A stretch of 64,000 bases of DNA from Octopus vulgaris (taxonomy: Eukaryota): NCBI GenBank assembly GCA_951406725.2, contig OX597820.1, positions 33,046,001 to 33,110,000 of the forward strand, read 5' to 3'. Shown in pieces: positions 1 to 12,630 of this stretch (its first letter is position 1; the number at the start of each line of letters is the position of its first letter). Position numbers and translations under genes: made by a program. The notes below the pieces were generated by a model that ran no database searches, was not told the DNA's origin, and saw only the letters and a list, made by a program, of their open reading frames with translations.

Positions 1-239
1 CTGAACTTTTGGCCGCTGCAATTGGAAGATTGTTTGTTTTTTTCCTCATAACTTATGAATATTGATTCTATTCACTTAAAATTTTCACGAAAGATAGATA
101 TTAGATATATCTAAATATGTGTAAAATATCTAGTCTGAATGTGTTAATCTTCTATAATCACTATTGGAATACACTTGTTCTTACTGACCTTTATATTATG
201 GCCACTGCTGCATATATATATATATATATATATATAGAT

Positions 240-560
240 AGATAAATGAAAGAATAGAGTCGAACGGCGATTTAACAAAATTCCTTTATTCTCGACATAT
301 GTTTCGAAGACTGCATATTCCTAATTCCGAAGGAATAAAGGGTGCATTATGCCGTCTTCTCATCAGGAAAGACAAGGAACTTATGTCAGCATCATGACGA
401 ACAAAAAATTTTAGATGACTGCCCACACGGAGTCCATAGTGATAATGATTTCTGCCCTTGGCATGTAGCTTCAACCGTGCTTTCTGACGTAAATTTGCTA
501 CCCGGGTATCGGTTAACTGAATTATCCATACTAGGATAATGGATAATTCATTCAACTACT
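240..560 (-). mobile_element. Penelope-like element (PLE) pLTR/3' fragment between (TA)n tracts
   Basis: Bounded by TA microsatellites; contains a hammerhead motif followed by AATAAA on the minus strand. PLE assignment is inferred from the known PLE-hammerhead association. Confidence 0.65.
289..370 (-). ncRNA. Type-I minimal hammerhead ribozyme motif with long stem II
   Basis: Minus strand: TTTC-CTGATGA-GAAGAC...GTCTTC-GAAAC-ATAT-GTC-GAGA. Intact core, palindromic stem III, GUC site. Confidence 0.8.
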
Positions 561-562
561 TA

Positions 563-630
<68 letters not shown>

Positions 631-848
631 CATACTCATGCACACACATGTATGTTTGCATACATACATACACCACAAACACGCATGCACACAGGCTGAG
701 ACACACATACAGACACGCACATGTGATAGGGCTTGAGAAGGGAGAGAACGAATCTGGAAGGAGTGAAAAGAAAAAAGACAGGTGGCGAAGCAACATTAGA
801 AGAAGAAGGGTAAGAGGGAATTTAAACTTGTAAGAGAAGAGTAGACAT

Positions 849-888
<40 letters not shown>

Positions 889-1740
889 AAGAAAGAGAGA
901 GAGAGAGAGGGATAGGAGTAAATTTGAACGCAGGAAGGAGACAAGGATATGAATAGTCACTAGTTTTGTTATTGAAATACCTATTGACTTTAAATGAAAC
1001 GAAAGTGAAACTATTTTCGTTCTTTGAAAACCACAATGTATTTAAAGTAGTGTGTGGGGATGTGTGCGTGTGTTCGTGTGTGTGCATGCATGTGTGTGTG
1101 TATGTGTATGTTTCTAGGAATTTTACAAAAAAAAAAATACTTAGAAAAGAATGAAAAGAAAGCGTAAAAAAACTAAGTATAAGGCCAAAAACAGCGTGTA
1201 CGCAAGAGAGTGAACGTGTACTTAAATGAGTACGAAAGGATCATCGTAATAGTTTGAAGGCGAAACTTTTTGTCATATCTTGACGAGTGAAGGAAAGCAT
1301 TCTTTTTCTCTTTCGTCTTTTACGTATTTATATATGTATTATAAATTACACATATTCCTTTTATTATTTTATATGGTTCAACCTTAATACTGCGGCCATG
1401 CTGGAGTACCGCCAGTGTAATCACTTTTTCATTGGCCAGTCTGATGTGATTTGGCTTTGGTGAAGAAGGGAGTTCGACACTGCTGCACTCTTTTGAGTTT
1501 CCTGTCTTGATATAGGTTCATCTGGGACCTTGAATAACAGAAAGTCGGGTTGTTTCTTGAAACCTGAAAACATCTTCTCCCTACTCCATGAAGATCACTC
1601 AGATGTTTTAGCATGGCATTAAAAACTATGGGCCCTAGAATCTCAAGTTATTACAGTGCATGGTTCTCACTCCAGACGGGATAGGTGGGATCTTTAGAAC
1701 AGTTCAGTGGCGACCAGTTAGGGGACTGATATAGCTCTCG

Positions 1741-1793
<53 letters not shown>

Positions 1794-1821
1794 GAGAAAG
1801 AAGCAACAAGAATGGATTAGT

Positions 1822-1912
1822 TTTTAGTACAATTGTTTCATACAAAGACAGGCTTTATTACAAGTTGCAAAAATTGCAGCAGATAAAAGTGTCCCGTACT
1901 CATCAGCTAAAA
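1822..1912 (-). ncRNA. Type-I hammerhead ribozyme motif in a PLE-like fragment (about 1790-1990)
   Basis: Minus strand: TTTTAG-CTGATGA-GTAC GGGACA...TGTCTTT GTAT-GAAAC-AATT-GTA-CTAAAA. 6-bp stem I, GUA site, flanked by (TA)n. Confidence 0.82.
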
Positions 1913-1987
1913 TACATTTGAGTTCTCTAGACATCTTAGTGGGTGAGGTTATACTCATGAAATATTGGAGATAGTTCCATTAGAGGC

Positions 1988-2041
<54 letters not shown>

Positions 2042-2354
2042 CCAATTCTTTCTGTGCTGCTGAATACCAAATGATCTGCGGCCCGATGATTAGGGACCCC
2101 AGCTATACTACACAGTCAATAACGTGATCAAAAGAAAGCCGTTTGTAGATGATGATAAAAGAAAATGGAAGAAAATGATTTAAAATGCTGCAAAATTGAA
2201 AAGAATTACAAGTCGGGTTCATGGTGATATCGTCATCTTTTCGGGGATCACCTTGCAGCATGAAACAGTAGCGACAACAGTGTCAAAATATGGAAAGATT
2301 AATCTTTTTGTTACAATCATATCTAATCCATCTTAGCCAGAAAAAAAAACTATG

Positions 2355-2503
2355 GGTGTAGACGTGGTTGCGTAGTAAGAAGCGTGTTTTCTCAATCATA
2401 TGGTTCCGGGTTCAGTCTCATTGTGTGGTATCTTCTGCTATAGCTGCCGGCCGACCAAAACCTTGAGAGTGGATTTCGTAGATGGAAACTGAAAGAAGTA
2501 TAG

Positions 2504-2570
<67 letters not shown>

Positions 2571-2790
2571 GTGTCTTTGTGTCTGTGTTCTCCCCGCCCC
2601 TCTGCCGTTTGATAACGGTGTTCGTGTGTTTACGTCTCAGTAACTTAGCGGTTCGGCAAAAGTCACCGATAGAATAGGTGCTAGGCTTTAAAAAACGTCC
2701 TGGGATCGATTTGTTCGACTAAATCCCTTCAAGACGGTGCCCCAACATGACATCAGTCAAATGACTGAAATAAGTAAAATTTAAAAAGAT
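2355..2790 (+). mobile_element. tRNA-derived SINE family A with internal microsatellite
   Basis: Head ...GGTTCCGGGTTCAGTC, body GACGGAAACTGAAAGAAG-like, internal (TG)n, tail CAGTCAAATGACTGAAA; many copies in the window. Confidence 0.85.
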
Positions 2791-2924
2791 AAAAGACATT
2801 TCTGCGATAAAACACTTCACGTCGTTCTAATTTATTCGTTCTAGTATTTGGAAGTCAAACTGTATTAGCTACTTGAAAATCCACCCAGAGAACTGGCATT
2901 CAATTATCCCACTGAATAATGATT

Positions 2925-3490
2925 TGAAATTTTTGCCACAAGGGCAGCTTGGGGGAGAGGGTTAAGTCGATTACATCGACCCCAGTGCGTAACTGGTACT
3001 TATTTAATCGACTCCGAAAGGATGAAAGGCAAAGTCGACCTCAGCGGAATTTGAACTCAGAACGTAACGAAATACCTATTTCTTTACTACCCACAAGAGG
3101 CTACACACAGAGAGGACAAACAAGGATAGACACACGGATTAAGTCGACTACATCGACCCCAGTGCTTAACTGGTACTTAATTTATCGACCTCGAAAGGAT
3201 GAAAGGCAAAGTCGACCTCGGCGGAATTTGAACCCAGAACGTAGCGGCAGACGAAATACCTATTTCTTTACTGCCCACAATGGGCTACACACAGAGGGGA
3301 CAAACAAGGACAGGCAAACGGATTAAGTCGATTATATCGACTCCAGTGCGTAACTGGTACTTATTTAATAGACCCCGAAAGGATGAAAGGCAAAGTCGAC
3401 CTCGGCGGAATCTGAACTCAGAACGTAGTGGCAGACGAAATACGGCTACGCATTTCGATCGGCGTGCTAACGTTTCTGCTAGCTCGCAGC
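2925..3490 (-). mobile_element. SINE family B, head plus tandem body units
   Basis: Repeated units of about 185 bp containing GTCGACTTTGCCTTTCATCCTTTCGGGGTCGAT on the minus strand, resembling the Ceph/RTE-5'-derived SINE domain. Confidence 0.85.
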
Positions 3491-4800
3491 TTTTATTCCA
3501 CTGAACAATAGAAATGCATTCTGTTACTCCACTGAATAATAAAAAGGCATTCCGTTATTCTACTGAATGATAAAAAAGGTGGACTGCATTCCCTTTATGA
3601 GAATATTATCATTATTTTGAGAGAGATTTTCAGTGATCTCATTGAAATTGATAAAATGGTGTGTGCAGTGATTTTAGACTTAGCAACATAGCCAACTTTC
3701 TACGACTGACCAACGCCCCCAAAATTTCGGGCCTTGTGCCTAGGGTAGAAAAGGATATGTTATGTCGTGGGTTTGAATATCTCGTCGCCAATAATGTTAT
3801 GACGTCGTTGGGGGTGTGCACGAGGGTGTAGGGATAGCATTACCCAAATAAATATTTGAATATGGTTATCTAGAATAACCTTTCGCAGAATTAATATAAT
3901 CATGCAGAGCGTCGGTACTACGCTAAACGTAAGTACGATATTAAACTAACACAGTAGGTTTTTTTTATTATCCATAAAGGGCTAAACATAGATGGGGACG
4001 GTACAATCGGGGAACATAAAATAACAAAAGAGGATGAATAAAGACGAAGAAATTAAAAAAGAATGAATTATGATGAATTATGCCTTACTCGACCTCCGAA
4101 GTCGAGTGGTTACATTTTGTCAGTTTTTTCCCATAATGATTTTCTCAAAGATTACAACTGAATTTTACAAAATTACATATCAATTTCACAAATTACAACT
4201 GAAGTTCGCAAAATTTACAAAAAAAAAAAAAAAAATGAATTTCACAGAAATTTCAAAAAAATAAATTTCACAAACATAGTGTTTTTCGGCACTTTTCCCA
4301 CTTTTCCATAAATTTCAGAGATAGTCTATTTTTCTTTTCAGCTCCTCATAATCCATTACGATATTAAACTAACACAGTAGTCCACATCGAACGGCCACCG
4401 CTGTCAACTATTTTCTTTATTATGAGCACATTGGCTCTACAACGAAGGGGCAATACAAGGACAGACAACACAACACAGTGGGGTACATAAAACGTATAAC
4501 GAATGAAATTATGAATATAATGATATAATGAAAAAGGAAATGTCTTCCCTGTCCCCCCACCTCAAACACGCAGGTAGTGTCATTTAACTGTTTATGTACC
4601 ACATATTAATTTACAGTTCATTATTCTTTTTTTTTGCATCGTTTTTTGTCATTATTTTGAAATTTTAAATATTTCACTTACTTTCATATTAAATATTCTA
4701 TATCTTCAAATGTCACCACTGGTGGCATCTCGTCGTATCGAACCTGTAGCGGCGATATTTCAATTTTTTCACCAACTAGTTCCTTTAACATGTCACCGCT

Positions 4801-4861
<61 letters not shown>

Positions 4862-5023
4862 CAAGCTAGCAAGCAAGCAAGCTAGCAAGCAAGCAAGCAA
4901 GCAAGACCGCCCTGTCGTCCTCGGTACATTCTCTCCTTGTTAACTTGACTCTAATTACATTTTTCATTTTTGTAATCTTTCGTTCTCTACACACGTTTTA
5001 TAGCTTATCATCGTTCAAATGTA

Positions 5024-5460
5024 GGATCTTTTCGGTTTGAACGGCAGTTTTTTCTAGCGGTGTCATATGAAATTGTCACCCATAATTATGACCCTAGTAT
5101 CGATCTTTTGCATTTCAATCTCTTTTAGGGTTAGGGTTAGGGTTAGTTAGGGTTAGGGTTAGAGGTGGGGGAAGGGTATCTTTTTTTCTTCACAAATGTA
5201 AATAAACCCAATCTGTTTCTTAAACGAGGGACATATTCATACGGCACAGAATGTTTTCACCTCAATAGATGTCATTGATTGGTTGAAATTGCAGAAATTG
5301 AAGAAAAAAACAACAAATATCTTACAAACTATAGAATTTTCTCAATAAAGCCAAGAGAAAAAGATGTTTTATAAAAACATTCTACCAGTATACGAAGTTT
5401 AAAAGTGTTTAGCTACGTGAAAATTATTTTAAAAAACAGTCGTTCAAACCGAAAAGATCC
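5024..5460. mobile_element. MITE with 30-bp TIRs, 8-bp TSD and internal (TTAGGG)n (Merlin-like termini)
   Basis: TIRs GGATCTTTTCGGTTTGAACG...CGTTCAAACCGAAAAGATCC; perfect TSD CAAATGTA at 5016-5023 and 5461-5468; TTAGGG array at about 5125-5162. Confidence 0.85.
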
Positions 5461-5743
5461 CAAATGTATTTTCCTTTTGGTACCAACTCCCGTTTTCCGT
5501 CGTTATTCTCTCCTGATGTCCTTGGTACTGGTGTCTCATCCTTCTCTATATCTCTCTTACTCTTTGTTGTTGCTATCTCTCTTCTCTCTTCCTTTCCTTT
5601 CTGCGCACTTCTTTCCTCCTCCGTAATCTTCGGTTCAGTCCCACTGCGTAGCGCTTTGGGTAACTGTCTTTGAGTATAGCTCTGGGCTTATCAAATCCTT
5701 GTGAAAGGATATGGCTGACAGAAAGTCAAAGAAGCCTGTAGTA

Positions 5744-5847
<104 letters not shown>

Positions 5848-5944
5848 AATCTATCTATCTGTGTGTGTGTGTGCACGCGCGCATGTGCGGATGCGCGTAG
5901 TGTGTTTCTGCCTTTGTGCTTGTACCCCACTTGACAACCAGTGT

Positions 5945-6190
5945 GGAAGCACTTGGCTTAGTGGTTAGGGTATTGAACTCGTGATCGTAAGATTACGGTT
6001 TCGAATCCTGGACCGGGCGACGTGTTTTGTTCTTGAGCAAAACACTTCATTTCACATTGCTCCAGTCCACTCCGCTGACAAAAAAGTGTAATCGTGCGAC
6101 GGACCGGCTTCCTGTCCACGTGAAGAATATATACACCATGGCAACCGTGAAACCGATTTCCATCTATCTGTCTATGACTCGGGAAGGAAC
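5945..6190 (+). mobile_element. tRNA-derived SINE family C
   Basis: A box TGGCTTAGTGG, B box TTTCGAATCC, body TTCTTGAGCAAAACACTT, (CTA)n tail; homologous to 62897-63228. Confidence 0.75.
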
Positions 6191-6409
6191 GTTACTACTA
6201 CTACTACTACTACTACTAGTTGACAACCAGTGTTGGTTAGTTACCCTGCCCGTAACTAGCAGTTCAGCATAAGAAAATGATAGAATAAGGACCAGGCTTG
6301 GAAAATAAGTACTGGGCTCGAATCGTTCGACTTGAAACCTTTCAAGGCGGTACCCCCAGCATGGCCTCAATATGATGACAGAAACAAATACGAAAAATTA
6401 AAGATTAAA

Positions 6410-7445
6410 TATTCTTTTCTACTCTAGGCCCAAAATTTTGGGGGAGAGGGCCACTCTGTTAGATTGACCCCAGTATGCAACTGGTACTTTATTTACCGAC
6501 CCTGAAAGGATGAAAAGCAAAGTCAACATCGGTGGAATTTGAAGGCAGAACGTAAAATGAGGCATGCTAACGTTTCTGCCAGCTCGTCGCCTAATTAAAA
6601 ATAAAATATTCTCTTCTACTCTTGGCACAAGGCCTGAAATTTTTGGGGAGTAGGGAGGCCCAGTCGATTAGATCGCCCCCAGTATGCAACTGATACTTAA
6701 TTTATCGAGCCCGACGGGATGAAAGGCAAAGTCAACTCGGCACAATTTGAACTCAGAACATGAAGACAGACGAAATACCTATTTCTTTACTACCCACAAG
6801 GGGCTAAACACAGATGGGACAAACAAGGACAGACAAACGGATTAAGTCGATTATATCGACCTCCAGTACGTAACTGGTACTTATTTAATCGACCCCGAAA
6901 GGATGTAAGGCAAAGTCGACCTCGGCGGAATTTGAACTCAGAACGTAACGGCAGACGAAATACCGCTAAGCATTTTGTCCGGCATGCTAACGTTTCTTAT
7001 TTCTTTATTGCCCACAAGGGGCTAAACATAGAGGGGACAAACAAGGACAGACAAAAGGATTAAGTCGAGTACATCGACCCCCAGTGCGTAACTAGTACTA
7101 AATTTATCGACCCCGAAAGGATGACAGGCGAAGTCGACCTCGGCGTAATTTGAACTTAGAACGTAACGGCAGACGAAATATCGCCAAGCATTTCGCCCGG
7201 CGCGCTAACGTTTCTACTAACTCACCGCCTCATAAAATAGAAAATATTCTTTTCTACTCTAGGCACAAGGCCCGAAATTTTTGGGGATAGGGCAAGTCGA
7301 TTAAATCGACCACAGCATGCAACTGGTACTTAATTTATCGACCCCAAAAGGATGAAAAGCAAAGTCAACCTCGGCGGAATTTGAACAGAGGAAATAATGC
7401 TAAGCATTTCTCCCGGCGTGCTAAAGTTTCTGCCAGCTTGCCGCC
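6410..7445 (-). mobile_element. Cluster/tandem array of SINE family B copies
   Basis: At least five copies of the GAAAGGATGAAAGGCAAAGTCGACCTCGGCGGAATTTGAACTCAG block. Confidence 0.85.
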
Positions 7446-7755
7446 TTTAAAACATAAAATATTGCAACGACATTGGCAAGGATACGCCTTGCGGAGTAAT
7501 AACTGATATCGCTGCTGTTGCTTTGCCGAAGGATAGCAGGACTATTGACATTGGCCGCATTCTCTCTTCACTCATCATTGAAACAACATTATTATTTACG
7601 TAAATTTACTCAGAAGAGCCTCAAAGAATATAATAATGCTGTTTTGATGGTGACATATGAAGTACCAATGCGGTCTGTGAATATAATAATTATGCTATTG
7701 AATGCAATGATTAGAAATGATAATGAGCTCTTTAGGGTTTTGAGTGGAAGCATTC

Positions 7756-8975
7756 GACATACATAGTGCGTACATAGAGGTATATATATATACACTCATA
7801 CATACACGTGTGTATATACATGTATACGTGCATAGATACATACATACACACATGCATACATACATAAACACATATATACAAACACACACATACACATACA
7901 TACATATGAATATACATGCATATAAACCTGCACATACATACATACTGACATACATATGTGTATACATACATAAACATAATATATACATACATACACACAT
8001 GCATACATACATACAAAGATACATTCATGCATGCGCGCATGTATAGATTCATACATCCATACATACACACAAACATATGTACATACATATATACATGCAT
8101 GCATACACGCATACATATATGCATGCATACATACATATATACATACATATATACATGCATACATGCATGTACACAAACGTACATTCATACATACATACGT
8201 ATATAAAACATACATACATACATATATACATACATATATACATGCATACATGCATGTGCACAAACGTACATTCATACATACATACGTATATAAAACATAC
8301 ATACATACATACATATATACATACATATACACATGCATACATACATACATGTACACAAACGTACATTCATACATACATACGTATATACATACATACGTGT
8401 ATATACGTATATACATACATACGTATATACATGCATGCATACCTACATACGTACGTACGTACATACATACATACATACATGCATACATACATACATACAT
8501 GCATACACACACATACGCACACACATACATATAAGTAAAAAGCTGACCCTTTGCAAACGAACCATTCTACGTCAGAAGTGCCATTCTGGAGAGAAGATCA
8601 ATAGTACTAGAGGTGACATTGCCAAACATCATAAATGTGACATTTTTAGCAGATATGATAATAATGGTGAAGTTGGATGAGAAGTATGTATGTATGTATG
8701 TATGTATGTATGTATGTATGTATGTATGTATGTATGTGTGTGTATGTTTGTATGCGTTTTATGTATGTATGTATGTGTGTATGTATGTATGTATGTATGT
8801 ATGTATGCGTGTATATATATGTATGCGTATGTATATATGTATGTATCTATGTGTGTATGTATGTATGTATGTATGTATGTATCTATGTATGTATGTATGT
8901 ATATATGTATGTATCTATGTGTGTATGTATGTATGTATGTAAGTATGTATGTATATATACAATCATGCATGCATG
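7756..8975. repeat. Degenerate (CATA)n/(TATG)n compound microsatellite
   Basis: Visible directly; source of many spurious ORFs. Confidence 0.9.
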
Positions 8976-9217
8976 TGTGTCCTTATGTTTGTAACGCACC
9001 CTTCCACCGCTTGGTGACTGGTGTTGGTTTGTTTACATCACTGCAGTCTAGCGGTTCGATAAAAAGGCACCGATATAATATATAATTGAATGAAATAATA
9101 AATATCGGAGTCCATTTGTTCGACTAAAACTCTTCAAGGCAGTGCCCCAGCCTGACTGCAATCCAGTGACCGGAACAAATGAAAGACGAAAGACGAAGGG
9201 AATATACATTTGAACGT

Positions 9218-9630
9218 CACTCTTTTACTCTTTTACTTCTTTCAGTCATTTGACTGCGGCCATGCTGGAGCATCGCCTTCAGTCGAGCAAATCGACCCCA
9301 GGACTTATTCTTTGGAAACCTAGTACTTATTCTATCGGTGTCTTTTGCCGAACCGCTAAGTTGCGGGGACGTAAACACACCAGCATCCGTTGTCAAGCGA
9401 TGTTGGGTGGACAAACACACACACACACACACACACATATGTATAAAAAAAGTAAAAAACAGAACACAAAGGATGTCGCGGTACACGTGTTTCAAGCTTC
9501 ATAAAACAACTTATTCTTAAATCAATGTATAATCGACATAACAGATGGTTTAAAGCTCTCTTCAGACGCATGCAATTGCTATACCAAAGACTTGTATCAC
9601 ATTATGAAAAGTCCGAAAAGGAACATTTGG

Positions 9631-9677
<47 letters not shown>

Positions 9678-9850
9678 CATATATACGACAGGCTTCTTTC
9701 AGTTTCCATCTACCAAATCCACTCACAAGGCTTTGGTCCGCCCGACGCTATAGTAGAAGACACTTGCCCTAGGTGCCACGCAGTGGGACTGAACCCGAAA
9801 CCTTGTGGTTGGCAAGCAAGCTACTTACCACACAGCCACTCCTGCGCATA
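9218..9850 (-). mobile_element. SINE family A interrupted by a PLE-like fragment (about 9440-9630)
   Basis: Both SINE halves are present; an insert carrying a hammerhead motif sits in the internal microsatellite. Confidence 0.85.
9477..9570 (-). ncRNA. Type-I hammerhead ribozyme motif
   Basis: Minus strand: TGCGT-CTGAAGA-GAGCTT...AAGCTT-GAAAC-ACGT-GTA-CCGCG. One mismatch at the base of stem I. Confidence 0.72.
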
Positions 9851-10037
9851 TTCACATTTATAAATATATATGGCGCAGTCACAAGTTCTCATTGCAATAT
9901 TATTTACATTGATGTTTCTACGTGCATATCACCACTATGCTTCTTTGGAGACCTGCAGTAGACGTTCCAAATGCATATAGAAGCTCAATCACAATGGAAC
10001 CTCAGGGAACACTTTATCGTATTAAATTATATATACA

Positions 10038-10574
10038 CAGTAATTCCTCGCCTTATTGCAGGTCACCTATCGCGGGTCATCTATCGCGGTTCATCTATCG
10101 CGGTTTATTATTTAACCTTACGTTGATTCCTCTGTGGTGTTGTTTTGCATTTATACTAAAACTAGCAGTGTCGCCCGGCGTTGCTCGGGTTTGTTTCGAC
10201 CCTTTAGAATTGGAATTTTTGGAAAGTAAAAATTTTGCATTATGTAGCTTGTTATTCTCCTTAAGTGAACATTTTTCTGGTTGAAATACACCGAAAAATG
10301 GCGACACAGCAGTCAAAAAATCGTAAAAAATAGGGATTTTCATAGAAAAAAGTACCTTTTTGATGGTCAGATTTGAATTTCATCTTCTACGGAATGAAAA
10401 GCAAGCCATCTTCTATCATACTCTCAATTTTGGTCAACTTGCGCCGCAGGTTCTCGGAGGAGATAGTGTTAGTTGAAGGCTACCAAACCTGCCATACACA
10501 GACAACTTCAGCTTTATATATATAGAGAGATAAATATATACAACGTAACAACCGCGATAGCTGAGGGATTACTT
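10038..10574. mobile_element. pogo/Tigger-like MITE remnant hosting a Helitron
   Basis: Left CAGTAATTCCTCG, right ...CCGCGATAGCTGAGGGATTACTT-TA; short tandem CTATCGCGG repeats. Confidence 0.55.
10162..10530 (-). mobile_element. Non-autonomous Helitron
   Basis: Minus strand starts TCTCTCTATATATATAAAGC and ends with hairpin CCGAGCAACGCCGG plus CTAG; inserted between A and T with no TSD. Confidence 0.8.
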
Positions 10575-10801
10575 TATAGTCGAGTACAGAGCGTAATAAG
10601 GGATTATATGCCAAGGGATCAAACAATTATATAATGAGGTTTATTAGATAATTTCTTGTTTCCTTATCATTTATGTAACTCCTTATTACGCTTTGTACTC
10701 GTCTAACGTTATTTTCGGAAGTATGTGTAAACTGAATTCCAACACCAGGTTATTAGTCTCGCTATGATTAAGCGAAATAATATCTATCTATCTATCTATC
10801 A

Positions 10802-10872
<71 letters not shown>

Positions 10873-11011
10873 ATATTATATTATATAATGTATTATGTTT
10901 TATATATATCATATATATGTAGATTCACAGACACACACACAATGCATATATACATATATACACATGAGGGAAAGTGGGAAGAGAAGTGGAGTGAGAAGGA
11001 GGAAGTGAGTA

Positions 11012-11079
<68 letters not shown>

Positions 11080-11595
11080 GCTAGTAATGCTTTAGAAACA
11101 AAGCAAAACAAATAAAAAATTGTATAAAAGTAAGAGAGCAAAGGTCAGGTGATGAAATGACACATTATTCAAAACATATTGTCTATTCTGTCTCCACTTG
11201 TCTTTTGAAACAGCTTAATGTCACTACACACAAAGACACGCGCGCTCATACATACACACATATGCACACATACTCACATAAGGATGCATTTATATACATA
11301 TACATGTGTGTATATATATATATATATATATGTATGTGTATGTGTGTAATTATACATATATATCCACCCATATGTTTATATGTATATATGTATATATATA
11401 TATATGTATGTATATATATATGTATGTATGTATATATATGTATATATATATATATATATATATAATATGTGTATATACATACACTCAGACGTACATATAT
11501 ATATACAAACATAAAGGATCGCACATATACATATGTACAGATACATACGTACATACATGCTTACATGTAAATGTATGTGTGTATGCATGTATATA

Positions 11596-11639
<44 letters not shown>

Positions 11640-12069
11640 TGTGTGTACTCTTGCATTTGTGTGATGTGCGTTTGTAGTTGCTTGCTTTCCTTTCAACATT
11701 TTATTTTTTGTTTTGCATTTTATTTTTCCAGTTTGTAAAGCCGTAATTCTTCCTGTTTCATGAACTTAAATTTGGACCTTAAATTATTCCAATGACCATT
11801 CTCACCTCCATGTTATGTTGGCCTTTCGTCTTTATTGTTAGAACAATAGCATATTTGTCGATTCTCCGTTAACGAGGTCGTTCACCATCTATGCCAACCA
11901 GAGCTTCACAGTGTTCTGTTTTTTTAATCTCTTACTCCCTTTTTCATATGCTATCGCTATTTTTCACAAACCCACTTGTTATACGATTCATCAAAATGAA
12001 ATATGTTACAAAGACTGACTGTCGACATTAAATGACAATTGTATATGCTATTTTATCAATACGATGGTC

Positions 12070-12630
12070 TCAAATTTTAACACACGGCCAGCAGTTTCAG
12101 GAATAAGTCGATTACATCGACCCCCAGTTGGCCTCGGCGCCATTTGAACTCAGAAAGAAAGGACAGACGAAAAGCTATTTCTTTACCACCCACAAGGGGC
12201 TAAACACAGAGAGGACAAACAAGGACAGACAAACGGATTAAGTCGTTTATAACTGGTACTTATTTAATCGACGCCGAAAAGATGTAAGGCAAAGTCGACC
12301 TCGGCGGAATTTGAACTCAGAACCTAGCGGCATACGAAAAGCTGCTAAACATTTTGCCTGGCGTGCTAACGATTCCCCCAGCATGCTGCCTTGTCATTCT
12401 TGCAATAGCATATGAAGTATTAAAGTCGGCGAGCTGGCGAAATCGTTGGCATATACGGCAAAATGCTTAGCGACGTTTAGCCCGTATCTGAGTTCAAATT
12501 CCGCCGAGGTCGACTCTGCTTTTCATCATTTTGGGGTCGATAGAATAAATACCAGTTGATCACTGAGGTCGACGCAATCGACTTAGCCCTTCCACCGAAA
12601 ATGATGGCCTTGTACCAAAATTTGAAATCA
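12070..12630. mobile_element. Two SINE family B copies in opposite orientation
   Basis: Minus copy about 12070-12390; plus copy about 12425-12630. Confidence 0.8.

Noticed and set aside
2949-3504. ORFs repeating RNWYLFNRPRKDERQSRPRRNLNSE
   Set aside because: Antisense translation of SINE family B, not a protein domain.
5125-5162. TTAGGG array as a true telomere or chromosome-fusion site
   Set aside because: It is short and enclosed by TIRs with a TSD, so it is element cargo.
6410-7445. Regularly spaced palindromic repeats superficially like a CRISPR array
   Set aside because: The intervening sequences are themselves homologous SINE bodies; the context is eukaryotic and there are no cas genes.
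7695-9085. Many ORFs of 100-244 aa (MYVC/HTYI repeats), and similar [16 protein letters not shown] ORFs throughout the window
   Set aside because: They are translations of stop-free microsatellites, open in several frames and on both strands.
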